From IMG/VR virus record IMGVR_UViG_3300037468_000493, positions 1-64,000 of that record: a stretch of 64,000 nt of DNA; one strand, written 5' to 3'. Each line of letters begins with the position of its first letter. Position 1 is the first letter of the stretch. A model generated the notes under the pieces. That model was not told the DNA's origin and ran no database searches. It worked only from the letters and a program-made list of their open reading frames with translations. The position numbers and the translations under genes are program-made. Below, piece by piece: positions 8,340 to 17,014 of the stretch. Origin of the DNA: a virus.

Positions 8340-8679
8340 TCCTCAGGCCCAGGTAGCTGTCGAGATATCGCAGCTACGAGATCAGGTAAATCAGTCTCTA
8401 GGCGGTGCCACGGCAAGCATTAGCGCGATCGTGGATGAGTACCAAAAACAGGCCCAACCCCTTGCGGATGAGGCCTCCACACTGATTTACGACATGCTCA
8501 GCAACCGCACATTCTTCAACCAGGTTGGGCGCAATGTGGCCCAACTAATGACTCAGCACCCCATGGGTGCTCGGCATGAATTGGGAAAGCCGACATTGAA
8601 GCGCTTGTCGTTCGAGCCCTTGAAACCGGGGACTCAACAGAGCTACTTAACCAGTGCCGTAGACACAACGGAGGGTTAG
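8242..8679 (+). CDS. Hypothetical helical protein
   Basis: AGGAG RBS; in operon. Confidence 0.6.
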   Translation: MTQATERNNSSNPSRGQGFGGQTATPGAHSGASPQAQVAVEISQLRDQVNQSLGGATASISAIVDEYQKQAQPLADEASTLIYDMLSNRTFFNQVGRNVAQLMTQHPMGARHELGKPTLKRLSFEPLKPGTQQSYLTSAVDTTEG

Positions 8680-8697
8680 TTCTAGCCCTGTTAGATG

Positions 8698-8887
8698 CTT
8701 TGACACACCCTTTGACAAAGGCTTTGACACACTCCCATTTTCTGAACCCTGTCAAAGCCTTTGTAAATCTGTCAAACGACCATATATCAACAGTTCAGAG
8801 CTTTGGCTATTCTTCTGAATCTGAAGCTTTGAAACCTGTTCAAAGCCCCCTAGGGCACCTTCTCCCCGTTCAAAAAAGTTGTCAAAA
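8698..8887. repeat. Cluster of 8-bp CTTTGACA direct and inverted repeats
   Basis: CTTTGACA at 8698, 8710 and 8722 (12-bp period); TGTCAAA at 8750, 8770 and 8880; variants at 8827, 8838 and 8868. Confidence 0.75.
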
Positions 8888-8891
8888 ACCA

Positions 8892-9407
8892 ATGACCTTT
8901 ATCTCTGCCCCCTCACGATTCTGGCCCCGAATGAGTGTCCTAGGTGCCCTTGGCCTATTGGCTCTAGTGGGCTTTGCTGGGGCCGTCAACACGGTGGGGG
9001 TGTGGAACGGGAGTAAGGCTGAAGAATTAGCCCAGTCCGCCGAGATGGCCGATGCAGTGGCCGCAATTAAGGCGAAGGAAGCTGAGGTTAAGGCCCAGAC
9101 TGATCTAGCTGCCAGCTACTCAGAACTAGGGCTGGCCCAGGCTACTTGCGCGGACACCTTGGCTCAGTTCTATTTCCAGCCGGGGGTGTCTCTGGCCCAG
9201 CAGTTGCAACAATGGGGGTTTGACTTTGGGGCACCTCGCTACAACGCAGACCAATGGGTGCCGCTATTTGATAGCGCTGGGCTGTTGTCCGGAGCCGTGC
9301 GTCGTGATCCTGCGACGGGGCATCAAGTTTTTGTCCAGGCCGACGAACAGACGCTAGATCAGGCTGCAATCTGTAATTCCAATCAGCTTACGAAGGAGAC
9401 CCTATGA
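8892..9407 (+). CDS. Single-TM membrane protein with coiled coil
   Basis: Hydrophobic VLGALGLLALVGFAGAV segment; likely start ATG 8892, after the repeat cluster. Confidence 0.6.
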   Translation: MTFISAPSRFWPRMSVLGALGLLALVGFAGAVNTVGVWNGSKAEELAQSAEMADAVAAIKAKEAEVKAQTDLAASYSELGLAQATCADTLAQFYFQPGVSLAQQLQQWGFDFGAPRYNADQWVPLFDSAGLLSGAVRRDPATGHQVFVQADEQTLDQAAICNSNQLTKETL

Positions 9408-10168
9408 CTATGAAATCAGCAGCACCTAGACCTATTGGGGCACATATCCTATCGCCCTTTGAGTGGGGGGCCAAGTCTGTAGCTTGGTTAACTAACCCTG
9501 CAAAGAAGGGAGGATTTCGGTTTATCGCCTATGGCTTTGCCGTGGGCTGTATGTTGATTCAGGTTGAAACGATTTACTCAGGCATGGACCAGAGCCCAGC
9601 GGCTCAGCATGCTGGGGTAGAGAACCCGAAAGTGCTGCCTAAGCCGGGTTTCCCTGATGGGGCCAACATTGGATATTTGATGCCTCCGTTTTGGAACCCC
9701 ATCAAAAGCACCATCAACTTTGCCACATCGTGGCTACCATTCCGCACTGAGTTCAAGCCCGTTTATCGGTTCTCTGTATGGGGCGACCCCAACTGGTATG
9801 TCGCTTGGCTGATTGGTCTTTCCATTGGCGGCATTGAGGCCATGGCCATTCGCAAGATTGGCGACTGGGGGCAAAAGATGTCCAAGTTCCAGAAGCTAAA
9901 TGGGCGTGTAATTCCAGACCTGAATCCTCAAGCGATCGCCGCTACCAAACTGGCCAAAATTGAGCTTCAGGCTGATGGCCTGGGTGATTACTTGTGGATG
10001 GCAATATTAATCGTCACGGTTTACGGGATTGAATTTTACGCCTTTGTTCGTAGCGTGACTGGGTTGCAGATGCCCATGTTCACCCTGGTTGTCTATGCCC
10101 TGATCAACGTGTTTGGGTTTGAGGCGTTTTGGTCACTGGCTGATCGCGCTGGCGAAGAAAAAGAGTAA
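9404..10168 (+). CDS. Polytopic membrane protein (about 4 TM)
   Basis: Several hydrophobic segments; ATGA coupling; AAGGAG RBS. Confidence 0.7.
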   Translation: MTMKSAAPRPIGAHILSPFEWGAKSVAWLTNPAKKGGFRFIAYGFAVGCMLIQVETIYSGMDQSPAAQHAGVENPKVLPKPGFPDGANIGYLMPPFWNPIKSTINFATSWLPFRTEFKPVYRFSVWGDPNWYVAWLIGLSIGGIEAMAIRKIGDWGQKMSKFQKLNGRVIPDLNPQAIAATKLAKIELQADGLGDYLWMAILIVTVYGIEFYAFVRSVTGLQMPMFTLVVYALINVFGFEAFWSLADRAGEEKE

Positions 10169-10177
10169 AGGTATCCC

Positions 10178-12058
10178 ATGGAAAGCATCATCTACAGCGA
10201 CACCTACAACGCCTTGCTCGACTACCATACCCACCTTGATAGCGAGGCTCAGCAGTCACAGGCGTTCACTGGCCTGTATAAGCTCACCAGCCTGGTGGGC
10301 CTGAGCCTGGGAGGGATGACATTGGCCACCCTCACTGGTTGGGGTGCGTTGGTGGTAGCTGGTGCTGGGCTGGGGTATATCGGTACTCTGATCTCAGAGG
10401 GCCGTAAGACCGGGAAGGTAATGCCACTGCCGTTCATCCCTGTGGGCCTTGATGCTGTAGCCCGTGGCGTGGCTCAGGTAGGGGGTGGCGATGATTCCGA
10501 TGAGGTGATCCCTTACCACTACTTGAGCAGCCACCAAAAAAGCGATTACGCTTTGCTGTCTGTGCTGCTGCCTGAGATTGCAGTGGCCCTTGACGAATTG
10601 CCCACCAATACCGCTAAGAAGGTGGCGTGGTCGCGCATGTCCCGGCGATTCCATCAGCACTATTCCAGGCACATTAAAGACAATCCAGACCTGATCGCCA
10701 TGGGTGCAGACCGGGATAAGTTGGCTCAGTTGGTTTTAGCCACCCCTGACGAATTGCGGCAAATTGCCATGCAGCCTACGGCCACGGCATTGCCAGCCGT
10801 GGAACCGCCCCCCGCCATTGGCCCTACCACCCAACTCACTGCGGTAGATGTTGCAGCGGTAGCTGTAGAGCCTGACCCATGGGTGAGCACTCCAGAACCG
10901 TCCATGCCTGTGGAAGTCTACGCAGCCCAGGTGCCTGTGGTTAAACAGCCGCTAGCCGCTACCCTGTCGGTAGCCAAGACGGCTCTAGAGCAGATTAAAC
11001 AGTCACCCTATAAGTCGAGGATTTTCTTTGGGGCACAACGATCGGGTAAGTCGATGCTGGTTGCCATTGCCTCAAAGCAATTGGCCGATCGGGGCGTGAA
11101 AGTCTACCACCTTAACCTGCTGAGCTATGCCAAGGATGGCCTAGACGAAGATGCCAAGTACACCCAGCACTGCGTCAAGTCGGTGCGCGGCGACATCTCA
11201 AAGATGAGTGACCAAGAAGTTACTTGGCTCGTGACCCAGTCGATCGCCCTGGTGAATGAATGGTGGGCACAGGATAACGCGATCCTGATTGTTGATGAAT
11301 GGGCCTACCTAGCTGCTAAAGATTGCCAATTTGCTTTGATGATTCAGCCATTGGTGGGGCTTATTGCAGGGAAGATGTCAGCACTCAACAGCAGCGGCAT
11401 GAAGCGTACTCTAGCGGTGTGGGCCGTCGCACCCAAGATGGTGGCTGGCAACCTCACTGAAAGCGGCAAGTCCATCAAGTCGATGGAGTGTGTCTACGTC
11501 ACCGTGCCCCCGGCTCAGACCGTAGATTGGCAGGGTCAAGGCGTTGGTTTTGACGAGCAGTTGTTCGACCAGGTCAGCAATAACTACGCCATCACCCGGC
11601 CTACTATTTCTGATTCGGCTAGCAGCCGGATTGCATTTGTCGGCGATCGCTGGCTGCCCCTAGGCACTACTCCAGACATGCTGGATGAGCCCTTAGCCCA
11701 CCCTCGCCAACTTGCTATTCCTACCATGCCCCAGTGCGCTGTAGCCGTAGCCGAGCCCCTGGTGCAGTCTGCCCCTATTTCGTTGTTTGATGAGCCTCGC
11801 TACCCAGAAATCAAGGCACTAATTCCTAAGTGCGATGAGGTTACGGCGGGGATCTTGAAATGGTTGGTCAAGCTGGGCAACGGAGCCAAGGTTACCACGT
11901 CAATCGCGGCGGTGGATGCTTGGGTTAAGACTGCCATTCGCCTGGGCAAAATCTCCAATGCCCAAGCCGAAAGCATTACCCCATTCTTGGCAAGACTTGA
12001 GGCCCTGAAGTACCTGGAATCTACTGGCGATAAAGCGTGGATTGTCAGACTGCGCTAA
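10178..12058 (+). CDS. Membrane-anchored P-loop ATPase (FtsK/HerA/TraB-like) with C-terminal winged-helix-like domain
   Basis: N-terminal TM hairpin, Pro/Ala linker, Walker A GAQRSGKS, Walker B ILIVDE, C-terminal ITPFLARLEALKYLESTGDKAWIV. Confidence 0.7.
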   Translation: MESIIYSDTYNALLDYHTHLDSEAQQSQAFTGLYKLTSLVGLSLGGMTLATLTGWGALVVAGAGLGYIGTLISEGRKTGKVMPLPFIPVGLDAVARGVAQVGGGDDSDEVIPYHYLSSHQKSDYALLSVLLPEIAVALDELPTNTAKKVAWSRMSRRFHQHYSRHIKDNPDLIAMGADRDKLAQLVLATPDELRQIAMQPTATALPAVEPPPAIGPTTQLTAVDVAAVAVEPDPWVSTPEPSMPVEVYAAQVPVVKQPLAATLSVAKTALEQIKQSPYKSRIFFGAQRSGKSMLVAIASKQLADRGVKVYHLNLLSYAKDGLDEDAKYTQHCVKSVRGDISKMSDQEVTWLVTQSIALVNEWWAQDNAILIVDEWAYLAAKDCQFALMIQPLVGLIAGKMSALNSSGMKRTLAVWAVAPKMVAGNLTESGKSIKSMECVYVTVPPAQTVDWQGQGVGFDEQLFDQVSNNYAITRPTISDSASSRIAFVGDRWLPLGTTPDMLDEPLAHPRQLAIPTMPQCAVAVAEPLVQSAPISLFDEPRYPEIKALIPKCDEVTAGILKWLVKLGNGAKVTTSIAAVDAWVKTAIRLGKISNAQAESITPFLARLEALKYLESTGDKAWIVRLR

Positions 12059-12136
12059 TCAACACCCAGTACTCTACGGGGTTCTGGCTGGTGGTTCGCT
12101 GCCGAGGTATTCAGATGTATTTACAGGAGGCACCTA

Positions 12137-12508
12137 ATGACTTACCGAAAATTCCCAAAATACGATGCACGAAAATACGCCTGCGCATTTTTTCCATTTC
12201 TCCAGGCGCGGCATATCCATCACACTATCTACAAAGGGCCAGAACGGCTGTACTGGGATATGTTGCCATTGTCGGTGCCTGCCCACTGGCTGATCCACGG
12301 TGTTGCTGGGGGCGTGCTCACGATGCCCAAGGCGGTGACTCGCCAGAACTGGATCGCCCGCCGGTTGCCCCTGACTTGGTTTTGGAAGTACCCCAACCCC
12401 ATGCAACGCCTACTTCATGCATGGTGCAGGGTTCCGGGGTTCCTAAGGATTGCTGGGATTCTGCTGGGGCTGTGGGTCTACATTGCGCCAGGATCGCTAG
12501 GGCTTTGA
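12137..12508 (+). CDS. Hypothetical membrane-anchored protein, possibly a degenerate HNH
   Basis: HIHHTIY...PLSVPAHWLIH; C-terminal TM; AGGAGG RBS. Confidence 0.5.
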   Translation: MTYRKFPKYDARKYACAFFPFLQARHIHHTIYKGPERLYWDMLPLSVPAHWLIHGVAGGVLTMPKAVTRQNWIARRLPLTWFWKYPNPMQRLLHAWCRVPGFLRIAGILLGLWVYIAPGSLGL

Positions 12509-12525
12509 CCCCACACCACCCTAAC

Positions 12526-12559
12526 AAAAAGCCCCCCGGTATCCACGCCGGGGGGCTTT
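12526..12559. terminator. Bidirectional intrinsic terminator
   Basis: AAAAAGCCCCCCGG...CCGGGGGGCTTT. Confidence 0.75.
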
Positions 12560-12595
12560 GACTATGAGGACATACCACACTCTACATAGTGTATC

Positions 12596-13276
12596 TCACG
12601 GCCCAACCGTGACAGCCTTGACGAACACCCCGTCAACCATCGCCCCATTACGGCCCTCAATCTTTGCCAGGGCCAGGGCCAAGCACTCTGGGCCTGATAG
12701 TTCCAGTAAGATCCGCGCCTCGTCCTCGACGCACCGAGCAACTGTCCCGATTTCAGCAAAGAGTGATGTATTTGCTATGTTTAGCGATGCCGCGTAGTCA
12801 AAGCTGGTTTTCAGGCCAAGCGCCCAATCACCGACAAATTGCCAAGTGGAGAGTCGATGATTGGGCGCTTTTTGTCGGCATGAATCCAAGGTTACCCCGT
12901 GCATCGCCGCCAGGATAGTCAGCGTTACCAACACATCACCAAACTCTAGGGCAATGCGATCAAGGCGACGATCCAGTACGCCCTCGCCCTCAACAATCAG
13001 CCCCAATGGAAACAACTGCAAGCGCATGGCCTTAGACTTAGCCAATTTCCGCCGCTCTAATTCGGCCTCCCCAATCTCTTCCATGATCTTCTGGTACTGG
13101 CCCTGGGTAGTGCCCAGCAGGGGGCGGCCAGCAGGGGATATGATCCGGCGATGGGTGGCCCATGCCCTGATCTTGGGCTCTAGGGTGGCATAGGTGGGGA
13201 GGGTGCTGGATAAAGGCATGGGGCTACCGTGAGTTATGGGGGTTATTTTAGCTTGGGTCATTGTCGCCATCCTCAT
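12596..13276 (-). CDS. MazG-like nucleotide pyrophosphohydrolase
   Basis: WATHRRII...QKIMEEIGE...EFGDVLVTL...CLALALAKIEGRNGAMVDGVFVK. Confidence 0.75.
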   Translation of the reverse strand: MRMATMTQAKITPITHGSPMPLSSTLPTYATLEPKIRAWATHRRIISPAGRPLLGTTQGQYQKIMEEIGEAELERRKLAKSKAMRLQLFPLGLIVEGEGVLDRRLDRIALEFGDVLVTLTILAAMHGVTLDSCRQKAPNHRLSTWQFVGDWALGLKTSFDYAASLNIANTSLFAEIGTVARCVEDEARILLELSGPECLALALAKIEGRNGAMVDGVFVKAVTVGP

Positions 13277-13520
13277 CTAAAATTTCACTGCACCAATCAC
13301 ACCAAGCCATGTGGGCCGCCCATGGCATCTCGTAATCGTACACCGTCAGCCCGCCGCCCGCATCGCGCTCAAGCTGCACCAAGATCCCCCGATTAACCAG
13401 GGCCTCTATCACCGCCTCATCCCACACACCAGGCGATCGGTGGTGCTCATCCATGGCGTGCCAGTTGGCGCATTGCTGCTGATCGGGGGTGAGGTTGGCG
13501 AAGTCTATGGGGGTGGTCAT
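13248..13520 (-). CDS. Hypothetical acidic protein
   Basis: Coupled to the HTH gene. Confidence 0.6.
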   Translation of the reverse strand: MTTPIDFANLTPDQQQCANWHAMDEHHRSPGVWDEAVIEALVNRGILVQLERDAGGGLTVYDYEMPWAAHMAWCDWCSEILDEDGDNDPS

Positions 13521-13747
13521 AGCTGGACCTCAGATCTTCCAACCTTGGCTGAATATGCCAAGTCAGTCACCGTCACTTCAAATGCTGACGCCACATCTCC
13601 AATTTTCCACAGTGGCACCTGGGGATCAGTGCGGCCCCGCTCCCAGTTGCGGTAGCTAGCAGGGGTAATGCCAAGCCTTTCGGCCATCTCGTCTTGCGAC
13701 AGCCCTATCGACTGCCGACGCATCTTGAACCAATCGCCTAACAACAT
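13517..13747 (-). CDS. Cro/CI-type XRE HTH regulator
   Basis: RRQSIGLSQDEMAERLGITPASYRNWERGRTDP. Confidence 0.92.
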   Translation of the reverse strand: MLLGDWFKMRRQSIGLSQDEMAERLGITPASYRNWERGRTDPQVPLWKIGDVASAFEVTVTDLAYSAKVGRSEVQL

Positions 13748-13805
13748 GATGCCTCAATGATTTACTGCACTTCCACTATATATCAAACTTCTTTATATAA
13801 ACAGC

Positions 13806-13836
13806 TTGACACTAGAGCGAACCAGGGGCTATCTTT
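13806..13836 (+). promoter_or_regulatory. Promoter divergent from the XRE regulator
   Basis: TTGACA...TATCTT. Confidence 0.5.
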
Positions 13837-13890
13837 GATTTATCGCCCACCACTTCACGGGGCCACCACAATACTCTGAGGACTCACATC

Positions 13891-14403
13891 ATGGCCGACT
13901 ACGAAGACCTAACCCGAGAGCAGTTAATTGAGGCCCTGGCCGCTGCCAATGCCCGCGTAGAGGCCATGCGGATCGACCCCACCTACAAGGTGCTGACCCG
14001 CGTGGCCCTTGACGCAGAGCCACCCCAGCACGGCGCAATCGTGTTCTGGGATGTTGACCACATGCACGAGCTTAATGAGCAATGGAGCTACGAGATTGTG
14101 GATGCTCGCATCCGGCTGGTTTGCCAGTCAATCAGAGAGCGGGAAGACTGCATCCTGGTGGCCCGGTGGTACTCCGGGGACGAGCTTATCTACTGCTGCC
14201 CCACTGCTGATGCCGCCCTCGCCGCTGAGCGCATCGTTGAGCTATTCCGGGCTCAGGGCATTGGTATCACTGCCGGGGTCGCCAACATTGGCCCCGACGG
14301 CTGGCAGGCTGCGGTCAGCGCGGCATCGTCGCTGGTGCAGTCTGCGAAGAAAGCGGGAGACAGGGGCCGTGTGCATTTTATACTTAAAGCCCCAAAAGTA
14401 TAA
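13891..14403 (+). CDS. Stand-alone GGDEF-like (diguanylate cyclase fold) protein with SGDEL motif
   Basis: DPTYKVLTR, FWDVDHMHELNE, ARWYSGDEL, TAGVA, AKKAGDRGRV. Confidence 0.8.
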   Translation: MADYEDLTREQLIEALAAANARVEAMRIDPTYKVLTRVALDAEPPQHGAIVFWDVDHMHELNEQWSYEIVDARIRLVCQSIREREDCILVARWYSGDELIYCCPTADAALAAERIVELFRAQGIGITAGVANIGPDGWQAAVSAASSLVQSAKKAGDRGRVHFILKAPKV

Positions 14404-14437
14404 TTCTGGGGATTCAAATTGTACTTGAGTAGAAACA

Positions 14438-14653
14438 ATGAAAGCACTTTCAGATCTGCCCAACACTGAAGGATTCGAGTTTCAAGCCGTCTTGAAGGAT
14501 GGCACTACAACGCCTTGCAAAGTGGTTTTGCATCCTGATGGGTATCACACCACAGATTTACCGTTCAGTACGCTTAAAAGATGGTTTTATACGGCTGAGG
14601 CCCACGGCACAGAGAGGGCGTTTGCAAGTAATTTATTGAGGATAAACCCATGA
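14438..14653 (+). CDS. Hypothetical protein
   Basis: ORF track; coupled to the next gene. Confidence 0.55.
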   Translation: MKALSDLPNTEGFEFQAVLKDGTTTPCKVVLHPDGYHTTDLPFSTLKRWFYTAEAHGTERAFASNLLRINP

Positions 14654-15057
14654 CCCACCCCAACGCAGAACCGTTGACCGAAGCCGAGCATGAGAGGGTG
14701 AATCAGTTGATTAATGAGCTGAATCAGTTGATTAATGATACGTACTTAAAACCCAGCGATTTCTTGTCCCACCCCTGGGACAGCGTTACTCAGAATAACG
14801 AGCACGAAAGGATTGCTCGAAACATAATGGTCATTCTGTCCCGCACGGGTAATAAATGGCGCTCAATCCAATGGGACGAGTACACCACTGAGCGGGCTAA
14901 GGATGGCAGCTTCAACGCGCTCAAAGAACGCCCTTGCTTTGAGCGCGTTGTGAGCTACTGCGCAAGCCCAGAAACGGCTAAATCTTTCTCGCCTGGATGG
15001 ATGCGCGATACAGACAAGTTAACGGCAGCTTATTTTGACACCCACGCCGCCGGGTAA
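14650..15057 (+). CDS. Hypothetical protein
   Basis: ORF track; ATGA coupling. Confidence 0.6.
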   Translation: MTHPNAEPLTEAEHERVNQLINELNQLINDTYLKPSDFLSHPWDSVTQNNEHERIARNIMVILSRTGNKWRSIQWDEYTTERAKDGSFNALKERPCFERVVSYCASPETAKSFSPGWMRDTDKLTAAYFDTHAAG

Positions 15058-15236
15058 AAGACCTGCACCAGGTCATCCCCCCGCCATACCCTGAGGTTGC
15101 CGTTGCTGCTGCGATCGAGACTATAGCCTGGCCAATCCTCAAGTGGCAAGGGCAAGATACAGGGGTCAGGCGGGGCCAGCATTAAGCGGTCGAAGACGTA
15201 GCTAACGACGGCGCGATCGGTGTTTTCCATGGCGGT

Positions 15237-15464
15237 GTGGCGGAGAGTATAATTACGATTCTACCGCGAGAGGTCACCGTGACAAATGCCATGACCCGCC
15301 GTGTCCTTTACTGGACATTCCATCTTATTTTTGCAGTATTTTGGATAACCGTAGGTGCTCTGTGGGGATGGTCTCCGCTGGGAACAGCGCTATGGGTTGG
15401 GCTGATGGCTTTTCTCTGCGACATGGCGATCTATTCTTTGGCCAAGGCCATGGCTGGGCGGTAA
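15237..15464 (+). CDS. Small two-TM membrane protein
   Basis: Two hydrophobic segments. Confidence 0.5.
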   Translation: MAESIITILPREVTVTNAMTRRVLYWTFHLIFAVFWITVGALWGWSPLGTALWVGLMAFLCDMAIYSLAKAMAGR

Positions 15465-15566
15465 CATTCGCGGTAGTAGTATAAGACAATGGAGAGGCCC
15501 ACACCGTTAGAGCGGCTGGGCCATGGTGCAACTAAAGTCAGTAGTCACACAAGAGGATTCTAACCA

Positions 15567-16037
15567 ATGTCAAACCTAGATAGTCTGATTGCTCTGATTG
15601 GGGATCTTGAGGAAGGGGATCGTATTCCCCCTGGAGCCATTCAGTTAGCCAAAACAATAGGGGCCGCGATTATATTCGGATACTCCGATGATGGGGTAAT
15701 GGTTGAGGGGATAGTTAATGACCAGGGATCTGCCTACGACGGCAATACTCTTTGGCTTGATCGTCAGGGATTCTTGCCCATTAATGAAGACTTGACGCTG
15801 CAAGATGATGAACCCGGAACGATTGATGAATGCCGGAATATTGTTGCCCGGTTTGATTCAGCAGTAAAGCTCCGCGCTATTTGGGGGGGCTCCAGGGCTG
15901 CTTGGTGCTATGAGGTTTGTGTAGAGCATCGAACCTTTGACATCAAAGAAGACTCTAGCGACTACAATACCCCGGCGAATAATGTTTGGTGCCGGGGTAT
16001 TGTGTTCTTGTTGCCTGAAACACCTGTAACAGCGTGA
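15567..16037 (+). CDS. Conserved-looking acidic phage protein
   Basis: IIFGYSDD...HRTFDIKED...WCRGIVF; GAGG RBS. Confidence 0.65.
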   Translation: MSNLDSLIALIGDLEEGDRIPPGAIQLAKTIGAAIIFGYSDDGVMVEGIVNDQGSAYDGNTLWLDRQGFLPINEDLTLQDDEPGTIDECRNIVARFDSAVKLRAIWGGSRAAWCYEVCVEHRTFDIKEDSSDYNTPANNVWCRGIVFLLPETPVTA

Positions 16038-16283
16038 CACTCGTGGCGCTCCCTTGCGCGAATCTCCTAGGCCCCCAGCACCATTGCAGGCTTCATGCCT
16101 CGTGTGCTGGGGGTTTTGTTTTGGGCTAAGGTTTCTTCGGCGACGGCATAACACGGCTCATAAACTCCTGCACCTGGGGCCAGCTATACCCTTTATCAAG
16201 CAACGCCTTGGCCGCTTCCTCATGGGTAATGTGCGCTCGGGGGAATGGGTTAAGAGGTATTTCAGGCATAAAAAACGGCCACA

Positions 16284-16733
16284 CTATGCCACCTTGACTG
16301 ACTCCGCCCCAGCATAGCCTTGCTTGGCAACGACGAAATAGCCGTCGTAGTCGCCGCCCAGTAATGCCCTGTAAAACTCAGCCGATGCCGCTGGCCGAAT
16401 AGCCCAGGCATAGCCCAGCCGCACTGCATCAGCCGTTCCCAGCAGGGTTGCTAGGTTTGCTGCCGATAGTTGCATCGTTACGTCTGTCGCGGTAGCTGTG
16501 TTGAGCCCCCGAGCAAGGCCACTGCCCACTGATAGGGTCAGGGCTGGGGTAGCGCTGGCGGGAGTGCCTTTTTTATCCTGGGCAAAGATCCGCAGCTCAA
16601 TGGCCGCGTCGGTGTAGACCGTGGGGGTATAGGATCCGCTGGCAACGTCGCTGGCATTGCGCGTGAATGTGTAGCGCATTGGGGCCGAGGCCGCGCCAAG
16701 TAGAATTGTTGCCCCGTTCAGTGGATCAGTCAT
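16284..16733 (-). CDS. Putative virion/baseplate-associated protein
   Basis: End of the tail operon; beta-rich. Confidence 0.5.
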   Translation of the reverse strand: MTDPLNGATILLGAASAPMRYTFTRNASDVASGSYTPTVYTDAAIELRIFAQDKKGTPASATPALTLSVGSGLARGLNTATATDVTMQLSAANLATLLGTADAVRLGYAWAIRPAASAEFYRALLGGDYDGYFVVAKQGYAGAESVKVA

Positions 16734-17014
16734 ACGCAGCTCCCAGAATCTACGCCAATTGTAGCCGCCAACTCTTGTACCGATACCCCAGCAACTAGGG
16801 CCACGACAGCAATCGCTGCCCCCAGGTCCTCCACCCTGATCGCCGCTGCCAATGCTGCTGACGATAGCGAGGGGGCCAGTGATGCCGCCGCGATAGTTGC
16901 ACCCAGTGCCGCGATGGTGACGCAGGGCAAGAACCGGAGGATAAAGAATACTGCCCGAGGGTTAAGCCCGAGGGGGTAGAGGTTGTTTTGCAACCCTAGG
17001 GGGTAAAGACTCAT
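16730..17014 (-). CDS. Hypothetical Ala-rich protein
   Basis: Coupled on both sides. Confidence 0.45.
   Translation of the reverse strand: MSLYPLGLQNNLYPLGLNPRAVFFILRFLPCVTIAALGATIAAASLAPSLSSAALAAAIRVEDLGAAIAVVALVAGVSVQELAATIGVDSGSCV

Noticed and set aside
8700-8891. N-terminal extension of ORF 8700-9407
   Set aside because: It runs through the CTTTGACA repeat cluster; ATG 8892 before the TM segment is more plausible
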